64,000 bases of DNA from the IMG/VR virus record IMGVR_UViG_3300031994_000025, positions 64,001-128,000 of that record; one strand, written 5' to 3'. This DNA is from a virus (Duplodnaviria; Caudoviricetes). Below, piece by piece: positions 55,564 through 64,000 of this stretch (its first letter is position 1; the number at the start of each line of letters is the position of its first letter). Both the position numbers and the translations under genes were made by a program. Under the pieces are notes generated by a model. That model ran no database searches and was not told where the DNA came from. It saw only the letters and a list, made by a program, of their open reading frames with translations.

Positions 55564-56862
55564 TCATTTAATCTCCGGTGTCCGATGCGTAGCAGGGAAA
55601 GCAGTGAACAGCCGCCTGCGGCTCTGCTCGCACGTCGCCCTCCTGCGCCGTGCCTCTGCCGCACAGGCGCACGCCTTGTCCCGTGCCTCCTGCGCCTGTC
55701 TCTCGCGTATCGCGTTATATATAGGTGTGCCCACCGCCGCTTCGCCAAGCGCCTCCAGGTTCTCGGCGATATAGTCGCAAGCCATCGCCATCGCCTGCTG
55801 TGCGTCGGTCATCGAGTCGCGCCGTGCCAGTTTCTCCTCCTTCTGATACACGGCACCGCTGCTGCGCGTGCCGGCACCCGACAGCAGCGATGTCTGCGTG
55901 ATGGTGGTGCGGCGGCCCTCCACATAGAAGGCCAGGGCCTGACGGAGCATGTCGAGCAGTTCATCGAAATGCTCCTTGTTGACGGTCGTGGTCTCGCCGC
56001 CTTCGTCGGTTCCCTCGTCCTCCTGTCCTGTTTGCTCCGATAATATCGCTGCCTCCCCCTTGTTCGCAAAATCCACCACTGCCTTCAGCAACTTCGCGCC
56101 GATGCGGGGTTTCAGATACGTGTTCTGGCAGAAGCGGATATCCCGCACCAGCGACACATACACCATGCGCTCCCCCTTGATGTCGAGGTATTCGTTCAGC
56201 ACACGCGCCGTCTGGAAGAGCAAGTCCTTGTGCAGGTAGAAAGCGTCTGCTTCCTTCCACTTCTCCGTGAACATCCTGCCGTCCTTCGCGTCGGCTTCGA
56301 GGAACAGCAACAGCGAGTCCGTGGCGCGGCCTGCCGACATATAGGCATCCTTCACCACGCGCTCCATGCGCTTCTCGTCGGCAGGGTCGTAGCCGTCGGC
56401 AGTCACCACGTTCATGCCGCCGCCCTCGTTGAACGAGACGGTCAGCAGTCCCGCCTTGTGACTCAGCATCCGGTAGAACTCTATCTGCTGGCAGATGCGG
56501 ATGAGCTTGATGGTCTTCAGGTCCTCTGCCGGCACCTCCTTGTCGTCATCGGCAGATGCCACATACGTCTCTCTGTATTTCCCCTGCTGAATCTGGTCCA
56601 GCCGTTCCGTCACGTCGGCGTGTGCCAGCCGTGCGTCCTTCCGCGCCTTGCCCGTCGGGCGGACGGTCGTGGCGGTGATATCGGTGTACTCCTGGCGCAG
56701 GCGGTCGTACTCCCCCAGCAGGTGCTGGTAGAGCGCGTTGCCTAATAGCGGCTCCAGTGCCATCGCTTCCTCTTCCTCCAGGTAGCCGAACAGTTGTTCC
56801 GGCCGGTCCCACCGCGCCGTAGGCATCAGGCTTTTGATTTCGTTGTCTGTGGTAATAAGCAT
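55564..56862 (-). CDS. DUF6712-like putative head-tail adaptor
   Basis: LEPLLGNALY...ATDSLLLFLE...QNTYLKPRIG repeated helical pattern; between the tape measure and protease genes. Confidence 0.6.
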   Translation of the reverse strand: MLITTDNEIKSLMPTARWDRPEQLFGYLEEEEAMALEPLLGNALYQHLLGEYDRLRQEYTDITATTVRPTGKARKDARLAHADVTERLDQIQQGKYRETYVASADDDKEVPAEDLKTIKLIRICQQIEFYRMLSHKAGLLTVSFNEGGGMNVVTADGYDPADEKRMERVVKDAYMSAGRATDSLLLFLEADAKDGRMFTEKWKEADAFYLHKDLLFQTARVLNEYLDIKGERMVYVSLVRDIRFCQNTYLKPRIGAKLLKAVVDFANKGEAAILSEQTGQEDEGTDEGGETTTVNKEHFDELLDMLRQALAFYVEGRRTTITQTSLLSGAGTRSSGAVYQKEEKLARRDSMTDAQQAMAMACDYIAENLEALGEAAVGTPIYNAIRERQAQEARDKACACAAEARRRRATCEQSRRRLFTAFPATHRTPEIK

Positions 56863-56982
56863 ATCCGTGTCGTTTTTGGCAATTTAACGGTCATGCGATG
56901 ATAAAGCAAGGGCACTGCCCTTGACCCACACTCATCCACCACCGATATTACCACAAGCAAGAACCCTTAAAAACATTACAAC

Positions 56983-57270
56983 ATGGCAAGAGACTTAGCA
57001 AAATTGCAGCACGTCCTGGCAAACTCGCCTATTCATCTCTATTTCGAGAAGGACAAGGACGGCAACGATGTACTCAGACACATACGTGTCAACCAGCGTA
57101 CCATCGACGTGCCAGCCGACGGCATCACCATCGACGTGATTCCGCCAAACAGCGTTGGAACGAGAGAGATTGAAGACGAGTCGGTGATGATGGACGACCT
57201 TCATCCCGATGTAAAAAACAACATGGCAGATCGCGTGTCGGGCGAAGAACTCGAAAAATTCAAGGTTTAA
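56983..57270 (+). CDS. small fibre-related protein (paralog of 33659-33865)
   Basis: NSVGTREIEDESVMMDDL...DRVSGEEL; has its own late promoter at 56916. Confidence 0.7.
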   Translation: MARDLAKLQHVLANSPIHLYFEKDKDGNDVLRHIRVNQRTIDVPADGITIDVIPPNSVGTREIEDESVMMDDLHPDVKNNMADRVSGEELEKFKV

Positions 57271-57286
57271 CCCAGACAATAGGAAC

Positions 57287-57323
57287 ACAGGAAAAGGCTA
57301 CGCGGTGCGTAGCCTTTTCCTGT
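57287..57323. terminator. bidirectional intrinsic terminator
   Basis: ACAGGAAAAGGCTACGC-GGT-GCGTAGCCTTTTCCTGT between convergent genes. Confidence 0.8.
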
Positions 57324-57333
57324 TCTTTCTGAA

Positions 57334-60300
57334 TCAATACCGCTCCCCGTGGCGGTTCACGGTTTTCTTGCCTGTGTCGTAGGAGTCGATGAGTCCTCCC
57401 TTGCCGTACACGTCGAAGATGGCGTGGATGGGGTTGTCGCGCAGATATTCGAGCAATTCGTTCTGGTGGTCGATGCTGGCTTGCAGTGAGGCTATATGCT
57501 CCATGCTCATGCCGCTGCCCGTGCCGCTGCCCGTGCCGCTGTCGAAGCCGCTGTCTGCTGCCATATCCTCGAAGTCGTCGATGTTGCCGTCGGCGAAGGC
57601 GGGCATGCCACGTCCCGTGCGTCGGCGCGACGGGGTGATGCTGCCACCGTTGTAGAGCGTCTGGATGGTGCGCCAGATGCCCGGCTCATCCATCTGGATC
57701 TGCCGTGTGGTCTTCGCGTCGATAATCGCCTCGCGGCCTGCCTCGCCCACGAGGTGAAACTCCGGCCCGTTGGTGATGTGCGTCTTCGCCCCCTTACCCA
57801 TGTACCGGGCGCGGTACGTTTTACCGTCCGCCCCGTCCACGTTGTACTGCCTGCCAGGGGTCAGCGAAGCCGGGTCGGTCAGTTCATTCACGTTACCCTT
57901 TTTATACGTCAGCATGCCCGTCGCCAGACGGCCAGCACCTACCGATGCGCCCGTCACTTGCGCAATCTGGCTCTTCGACTTAGCAACCTTGCTTGCGGCA
58001 AGTCCCATCAATCCGCCGACCAAGGCGCTCAGGGCTGCGAAGAGAATAGGACCGACTATAGGACCAGCTTCTGCCGTTGACTTGGCAGCTGCGGGAGGAA
58101 GATTTGTGGCTGTCTCAGCGGTAGAACTTGACAGTGCAACCTGCAGTCCGGCGATAGCGGCATTACCCACAGCCTGCAGGGCAATCATCTCGAACTTTTG
58201 TGCCATGTCAAGGTTGTCGTTGCTCATAGCCTGATAAGCCACGCCGTAGAGGTTGGCAGCGGCAGTCATCTTGGCAAACATGCTCTGCTTACTCGTCTGC
58301 TCTTTCTTGTCGCCCTCCGTCTCGGTCTTGACCTCCTTCTGCTTATTGCTGATGAAGTTCTCCGTCACTGCATTCTGCTCATTGATCTGCTGCTGGGCAG
58401 CGGGCGAAAGTTCTCCCCCACCCGACGGATAGCCAGCCTGTTTGTCGGCTGCGAAGTCGCTGCCGCCCGTTGCGACCGACTGAGTGCCGTCCTGCTTGAT
58501 GGTGATGCCCTCGGCCAATTGCTGTGTCAGCCCCTGCACCGCCTGCGTGTTGGCATCCGTGGCGGTGACGCTCGCGTCCATCTTCTGCTGCTCTGCTTCC
58601 AACTTCTGCTGCAGTCGTTGCAGCTCAGCGGTGTTGTCCTCAGTGGCTTTGTTCTGAAGATAAGCATTCATCCAGTCCGTAATCTGCTCGCTCATCTTCA
58701 TGTTGATGTCGTCCCAGAGTTTCTTCCACGCTTCCGCCTGTGCGTTCTGGATTTCTATCTCGTGCTGCCTTTCCAGTGCCTGCCGCTCGTCCAGATATTC
58801 GTAGTGGGCGGTGGCGTCGCTGGTTCCCTCGTTGTCGATGACGATGTACGTCCCCGCTCCGGGGCCTCCCTTGCCCGTCAGGTCGAGCTTTGCCCGTTCA
58901 TTGTAGTATTCCGCATCCCCCGCATGACTGGCCTCCATCACGCCCTGCAGCGAGCTCGAAAGCAGGTCGGCCCATTCGCGCAGGCTGGTATAGAGGCGGT
59001 TCTGGCTCTCCTCCTGAATCTTCAGCAGTTCAGCCTTTTGCTCTTCCTCCTTCTTCGTTTCCTCGGCCAGCGTCAAGCCCAGCGAGAGGCGCACGTTCTC
59101 AGCATCGCGCAGGGCCACCATCGCCTTCGTGCGCTGCTCGGCGGCGGCGGCCTCGTGCCCGGCCTGCTTCTCCAGCTCGGCTATGCGCTGGTGCTCCTTG
59201 GCTTCCGCCTTCAGTGCCGCCATGCGCTGTTTGGCCTGCACGCGGTACATGTTGTACTGTGCCTCCTGCATGCGCATCTGCACCTCTATCTGCTTCATGG
59301 CCAGTCGCGAGGCCACGTTGTCGCTCGCCGCCCCGGCACCTATCAGGCTGTTGGCGCGGCTCACCGAGTCCTGCTGCATGCCCAGCTGTGCCAGGGCTTT
59401 GTCGAAGGTGGCCTTCATCGACATGCCGCCAATGCCGCGAGCGTCGTCGTTCCAGATGATTTCCACGTCCTTCTTGATCTGCGAGGCCTCCTTCTTGATG
59501 GCGTCCTGCACCTCTTGATAGGTCTTGCGCAGCTGTCCCATCACGGCCTGCTTCAGCATGTCGCTCTTGCTGATTTCCTCGGCGGTGGCCGTCATGCCCT
59601 CCTTCACCATGCGGCGCAGCAGTTCGTCGATGTCTATCGAGTAGGCGTCGGCGGCCTGCCGCAGGTAGAAGGCCATCTCGTCGTAGCTCTGGGCGGTTAT
59701 CTGCTCGTTCGAGTACTTCGGCCCCTTGCCCCGCCGTGCCAGTTCCTCGTTCTCGCGGCGGTACTTGGCGGCCAGCACACCCATCTTGTCGAGGTTGTCT
59801 TGCAGGTTCTTCGTGATGCCGTCGTAGGGCCGCTCCTTGGCCAGCGTGTCCTCGATGAACTTCATCTGCTTGCCGATGGCCTGGGCAGCTTTCAGGTAGC
59901 TCTTCTCGGCCCCCAGCTCTATATCGCCGTAGATGCGGTCCATGGCGGCCTTGCTCTTTTTGCCTACGTCCACGATGAACTTGTTAGTCTGTGCGATGTC
60001 GGCCTTGATGTAGTTGACGGTCTCACCGGTGCGCTCGCTGATGATGCCGAAGATAGCCTGCATCTCATCCTCGGTCACCTTGGCAGCCCTCCTGGAGTAC
60101 AGCAGCTGCAGCTCGGCGCGCCTGGTCTGCCACTCGTTGTCGTTCTGTATGGTGCGCCGCCACGCCTCGCCCTCGGTTATCTCCTCGTCGTTGCGGGCCT
60201 GCTCTATGCGCGTCTTGCGCTCCGTGTAGTAGGCATCCAGCTCGTCGAGATAGTATTTCATCTCGTCCTGCACCACCCTGCCGGCACGCTTCCTCACCTT

Positions 60301-63300
60301 CTCCGGGTCCTGCCAGTCGCCGGTGTTCGTCAGGTGCTTGCCGTGCAGTGCTTCCTGTATCTTCAGCCGCTCGGTGTTATACCACTCGATAGCCTGCTCC
60401 GTGGTCTTGATGTTCTTGCGCACGGCATCGCTGATGAACTTGGCATCCTCCGACAGCACTGCCTGCACGTCGGCACCGTTGGCCAGTGCCTTTACCCTCT
60501 CCAGCATCTCCTTGCGGCGGGCCACGAGGTCGTTGCCGTTCCAGTCCTTATAGGGCGACGTCACCTTGTTGTAGTCGCCGTAAGGGTTGGTGCCGCCACC
60601 GCCACCGCCGTTGTCGCCGCTGTCGCCAGAGGCGTCGCCTTTGATACCGGTGATACCCTCCACCTGCTTCTTTACCTTTTCAAGATCGGCATCCACCTGG
60701 GAAATATCGCTTTCCAGTTTGTTAATTTCCCTGATGTTACCCTCGAACTGGTCGATGATGGCAGGCTTCATGGCGGCAGAACCACGTTGGACTATCTGTG
60801 ACTCCTGGAATCCTGCCGTTGCGCCACCCGTCACGTTGCTTGTGTATCGCTGCTGGCGGTCATACTCCTGTTTGCCGGCATTGTAGCTGCCCTGGTTCTC
60901 TTCGCGCCACTGCTGACGCTCCGTCTTCTTGTCTTCCAGTTCTATGCGCTTACGCTGCAACTCCTCTGCTTTGGCATCGAGTGCTCTTGCACGGGCCGTA
61001 GCAATAATCTGCTCGGACAGTTCCTTGTAGGCACTGGCAGCAGCCTTGGCCAGTTCGCTCTCGGTGTTCAGCTTCGAGTAGTATTCCTTATATTTAGCGT
61101 CGCCCACCATGTCTTTCAGTGCCTTCTTGCGCTCCTCCATCGACTTGGTTTGGTCCTGCGTCGCCTTGTAAAGTCGCTCCAGTTCAGCACGTTCCTTGAC
61201 GCTTTCCTCTCTGGCTTTCTTCTCTACATCGGCCATCACGTCCATCTGTCGTGCCGCCGCCTTTGCCTTCTTGATGTATTCGTAGAGGGCAAATCCCAGA
61301 GCCACCACCGCCGTAGCCACAGCCGCGATGACGTTGGCCTTCATAGTCTTGTTAAACAGGCCCTGCGCCGCCGCAGCCTTGCCGCTGGCCACGGCCTGTG
61401 CCTCCGTCGCCGCTGTGTTGGCAGCCTTGGCGGCGGTGTCGCCAGCAGTAGCCACGGTCGACTTGCTGGTGGCGAAGATGTATTGATGCAAGGATATGAG
61501 TGCCGTGCCGATGGCTTTAGTCCATCCTGCCTGCCACATGCCCAGATACACCAGCGACCAGCGGAAGAACCGTCCGAGGGGGCCGTCTTCAGTAAGGAAG
61601 TCAACCAGCACTCGCAGTCCGTCGATGATGCCAGCCAGTACGCTGGTATTGTCGGCAGTCACCCAGAACTCCTCCAACTGGTTCTTCAACCGCTCCCAGC
61701 GGGCAGCCGCCGTGTCGTTCATTTTGTTATACTCCTCCATCAGGGCGGCGTTGTCGCGGTAGGCGTCGGTGGCAGTGGTCAGTTGCTCCTCCAGCTTGTC
61801 CACGTTCTGCGACAGCAGTCCGAACACGATGCCCGCACGGGCTCCCTGCTGATTAAGGGTCTTCATCACCTCCTGCATCGACGCCGAGTTGCCCAGCATC
61901 TGCTCCACCTTGTCGGCCATGGCGTTCATACCCTCGTCTGTCGAGGTGTCAAACTGCTTCACCGAGTCGCGCAGCGCCTTGAAGATGGCCACCATCTGTT
62001 CCATCGCCGTCATACCCTTCAGCTCCTTCTCCGTCATGCCGATGGCGTTGGCCACGGCAAACGAGTTGTTCCTGATAGCGGGTATCATTCGCGACAGCGC
62101 CGTAGCTGACATCTCCACGCGACCACCCAGTGCATCGACCGTAGCACCCAATGCGGCTATCTGGTCAATCGAAATGCCCGCCTGAGCACCCACCGCACCG
62201 ACGCGGCTAACGAAGTCGGTGATAGGTCCGGCGGCAGCAGCCGAATTGGCACGCAGGGCGATGATCGTCGAACCCACGCGCTCCAGCGTCTCACGCACGT
62301 CGCCGCCGTTCTTCTCCAGGTCGCCCGTCGCGTCGGCTATCTTCATCAGCGTGCGGGCCGCCTCCGTACCCATCTCGGGCAGGGCCACCATCAGCTGGTT
62401 GGCGGCATCGGTAAAGCCCTCCACCTGCTGCTGTGTCTTCAAACCGATACTACCGGCAATAGAACTCAGCTCCATCAGCTTCACCATCGGCGTGCGCGTA
62501 TCAAGGTCTTTCAGGTTGTCCGACAGCCGCGCCACCTGGTCAGCCGTAAAGCCCGTGGTCTTCATCACCTCACCCATCTTGTCCGACAGTTCCAGCATGT
62601 CGCCCATCGTGCCCGTAATCTTCTGCCACAGTTCATTGAAGCCCATATAGAGCACCACGTAAGTTTTGATACGGCTTACGGCTTTCTCCCAGGCGGTGGC
62701 GCTGGCCTTTGCCTGCCCCTCCATCTCCTTCATCACGTTCTTGGCCTGGCGCACCTGCTCGGCGAAACGTTTGTATTCGTCGCTGTTCTGACCGAGCGAC
62801 TGCTCCATCTGGCGCAGTTGTCCGTCGGCACGCTTGATGGCTGCCCGCAGCTCGTCGAGGTTGACGGCGTTGGCGGGTGTCTCGATGAGCGTCCGCATCT
62901 TCTCCTGCGACATGTTGACGTTATCCTGCTCGAACTTCAGCGAGCGCAGCTTCTTCGTCAGGTCGTCGAGTTCCTTCTCCTGAGCGTCCACGGCGTTGCC
63001 CAGGTCGCGCTCGGCTCTTATCTGCTTGATCAGTTCCTCGCGGCGGAGTTCCAGCGCCTTGGTAGCCGCCTGTATCTCCTGCGCACTGTAGTTGAACGGC
63101 TTCTTCGAGTCGCCCGCTTTCTCGGCAAGGTCGAGGGCATCCTTCAAGTCCATCACGTCCTCGGCGGCTTTCTTTGCCGATACGCCTGCGGCTTTCAGGT
63201 AGCCGTCAATCTCGGCGATAACGTCGGCCTGCGTCTCTTTCGGCAGCGAGTCGCGCCATGCCTTCAGGTCGGCGGCACGTTCCTTTATATCATTGTCACT

Positions 63301-64000
63301 GGCATCGGCATCCATGCCGCCACGGAACCAGTCGAGGGCTTCCTGTCCCTGCTTGTCCACCATGCGGCGTTGCAGACGCTCCGTCTCGGCGAGGTTGTCC
63401 TGATACTGCTGCAGGTTCTCGGCGGCTGTCTTCGGGTCGTCGATGAGTTTCTGCCAGTAGGAGTGCTGTGCTTTCAAGGCGTTCACCGACACGCTGTTGT
63501 GCTGTGCCATCTGGTTGGTCATGCCCTGCAGCTGCTGCTCCATCGTGACCACCTGCTCGCGCTGCTTCTGGGCGGCACGCTCGGTTTCCAGACCGTATTT
63601 GTTGATGTGTTCCTCGGCGGCGACAATCTTCTTTGTTAGTTCCGTGGCTTCGGTGCTACCCGACTTATACGATGCAGCCAACTGCTTGGCGGCCTCGATA
63701 GCCTCGCGAATTTCGGCGGTGCTGTAGTCTCCCAGGTTGCCGTTCAAGCGGGCGGCACGCTCCTCACGAGTGACGGATGCCTGTTGCTCCTGCAGAGCGA
63801 TGGTGCGCTCCAGTTCGTAGCGGTAGCCTGCCAGGCTCTCCTTGGCGGTCTTGGGATCGTCAATGAGCCGCTGCCAGTACTGCTGCTGTGTCTTCAGCGC
63901 CGACTCCGAGAGCGACGTACCCTGGTCGAGCTGCTGGCGCATCAGTTGGTCCTGCTCCTTGCGGCGCTGGGCGGCTTCCTCCAAAGCCTGCGCCTCGCGG
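57334..64000 (-). CDS. phage tail tape measure protein (5' end outside window)
   Basis: >2200-aa helical ORF with TP901-type core (ELSDKMGEVMKTTG...DTRTP...ITDFVSRVGAVGAQAGISIDQIAALGA). Confidence 0.92.
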   Translation of the reverse strand, partial: REAQALEEAAQRRKEQDQLMRQQLDQGTSLSESALKTQQQYWQRLIDDPKTAKESLAGYRYELERTIALQEQQASVTREERAARLNGNLGDYSTAEIREAIEAAKQLAASYKSGSTEATELTKKIVAAEEHINKYGLETERAAQKQREQVVTMEQQLQGMTNQMAQHNSVSVNALKAQHSYWQKLIDDPKTAAENLQQYQDNLAETERLQRRMVDKQGQEALDWFRGGMDADASDNDIKERAADLKAWRDSLPKETQADVIAEIDGYLKAAGVSAKKAAEDVMDLKDALDLAEKAGDSKKPFNYSAQEIQAATKALELRREELIKQIRAERDLGNAVDAQEKELDDLTKKLRSLKFEQDNVNMSQEKMRTLIETPANAVNLDELRAAIKRADGQLRQMEQSLGQNSDEYKRFAEQVRQAKNVMKEMEGQAKASATAWEKAVSRIKTYVVLYMGFNELWQKITGTMGDMLELSDKMGEVMKTTGFTADQVARLSDNLKDLDTRTPMVKLMELSSIAGSIGLKTQQQVEGFTDAANQLMVALPEMGTEAARTLMKIADATGDLEKNGGDVRETLERVGSTIIALRANSAAAAGPITDFVSRVGAVGAQAGISIDQIAALGATVDALGGRVEMSATALSRMIPAIRNNSFAVANAIGMTEKELKGMTAMEQMVAIFKALRDSVKQFDTSTDEGMNAMADKVEQMLGNSASMQEVMKTLNQQGARAGIVFGLLSQNVDKLEEQLTTATDAYRDNAALMEEYNKMNDTAAARWERLKNQLEEFWVTADNTSVLAGIIDGLRVLVDFLTEDGPLGRFFRWSLVYLGMWQAGWTKAIGTALISLHQYIFATSKSTVATAGDTAAKAANTAATEAQAVASGKAAAAQGLFNKTMKANVIAAVATAVVALGFALYEYIKKAKAAARQMDVMADVEKKAREESVKERAELERLYKATQDQTKSMEERKKALKDMVGDAKYKEYYSKLNTESELAKAAASAYKELSEQIIATARARALDAKAEELQRKRIELEDKKTERQQWREENQGSYNAGKQEYDRQQRYTSNVTGGATAGFQESQIVQRGSAAMKPAIIDQFEGNIREINKLESDISQVDADLEKVKKQVEGITGIKGDASGDSGDNGGGGGGTNPYGDYNKVTSPYKDWNGNDLVARRKEMLERVKALANGADVQAVLSEDAKFISDAVRKNIKTTEQAIEWYNTERLKIQEALHGKHLTNTGDWQDPEKVRKRAGRVVQDEMKYYLDELDAYYTERKTRIEQARNDEEITEGEAWRRTIQNDNEWQTRRAELQLLYSRRAAKVTEDEMQAIFGIISERTGETVNYIKADIAQTNKFIVDVGKKSKAAMDRIYGDIELGAEKSYLKAAQAIGKQMKFIEDTLAKERPYDGITKNLQDNLDKMGVLAAKYRRENEELARRGKGPKYSNEQITAQSYDEMAFYLRQAADAYSIDIDELLRRMVKEGMTATAEEISKSDMLKQAVMGQLRKTYQEVQDAIKKEASQIKKDVEIIWNDDARGIGGMSMKATFDKALAQLGMQQDSVSRANSLIGAGAASDNVASRLAMKQIEVQMRMQEAQYNMYRVQAKQRMAALKAEAKEHQRIAELEKQAGHEAAAAEQRTKAMVALRDAENVRLSLGLTLAEETKKEEEQKAELLKIQEESQNRLYTSLREWADLLSSSLQGVMEASHAGDAEYYNERAKLDLTGKGGPGAGTYIVIDNEGTSDATAHYEYLDERQALERQHEIEIQNAQAEAWKKLWDDINMKMSEQITDWMNAYLQNKATEDNTAELQRLQQKLEAEQQKMDASVTATDANTQAVQGLTQQLAEGITIKQDGTQSVATGGSDFAADKQAGYPSGGGELSPAAQQQINEQNAVTENFISNKQKEVKTETEGDKKEQTSKQSMFAKMTAAANLYGVAYQAMSNDNLDMAQKFEMIALQAVGNAAIAGLQVALSSSTAETATNLPPAAAKSTAEAGPIVGPILFAALSALVGGLMGLAASKVAKSKSQIAQVTGASVGAGRLATGMLTYKKGNVNELTDPASLTPGRQYNVDGADGKTYRARYMGKGAKTHITNGPEFHLVGEAGREAIIDAKTTRQIQMDEPGIWRTIQTLYNGGSITPSRRRTGRGMPAFADGNIDDFEDMAADSGFDSGTGSGTGSGMSMEHIASLQASIDHQNELLEYLRDNPIHAIFDVYGKGGLIDSYDTGKKTVNRHGERY

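Noticed and set aside
53415-63727. Long + strand ORFs (e.g. 53415-55403, 58198-60801) and similar antisense ORFs elsewhere
   Set aside because: They are shadows of GC3-rich genes on the opposite strand, with no recognisable motifs or start contexts.
1-64000. Stop-codon reassignment, tRNA or rRNA genes
   Set aside because: Genes tile densely in code 11 with TAA, TGA and TAG all used as stops; no cloverleaf or rRNA signatures were seen by eye.

Overview
The window is a continuous segment of a large, probably temperate tailed phage or prophage of a Bacteroidota (Prevotella-like) host. Evidence for the host is several TTTG-N20-TAnnTTTG promoters, AT-rich starts without Shine-Dalgarno sites, and DUF4494/DUF3127-type genes. 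Layout from left to right: small early genes (1-3585, +); two holin-like genes and a repressor-like gene (3807-5384, -); a face-to-face promoter switch (~5417-5483); a long + strand replication/accessory operon (5520-25725) with primase-helicase, IF-1, acyl carrier protein, exonuclease, radical SAM enzyme, SSB and adenine methyltransferase; a tyrosine recombinase next to invertible cassettes (26510-28836); and a - strand virion module (tail/fibre genes, tail tube, major capsid, S49 protease, tape measure running off the right edge). A + strand Cys/Gly-rich island (45575-49766) interrupts the virion module. The strongest signal is a stand-alone Cas7/RAMP-like gene (10926-11525) followed directly by three 86-nt non-coding units made of 5-nt-periodic (A/G)G(C/T)-NN motifs, a candidate RNA-guided system using a gapped dinucleotide code. 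Other notable items are a three-site shufflon, a phage-specific late promoter motif, a promoter-defined pseudoknotted ncRNA, and a palindromic element with a 51-bp VNTR inserted in frame in the primase. All family assignments come from recognising motifs by eye; no database search was run.
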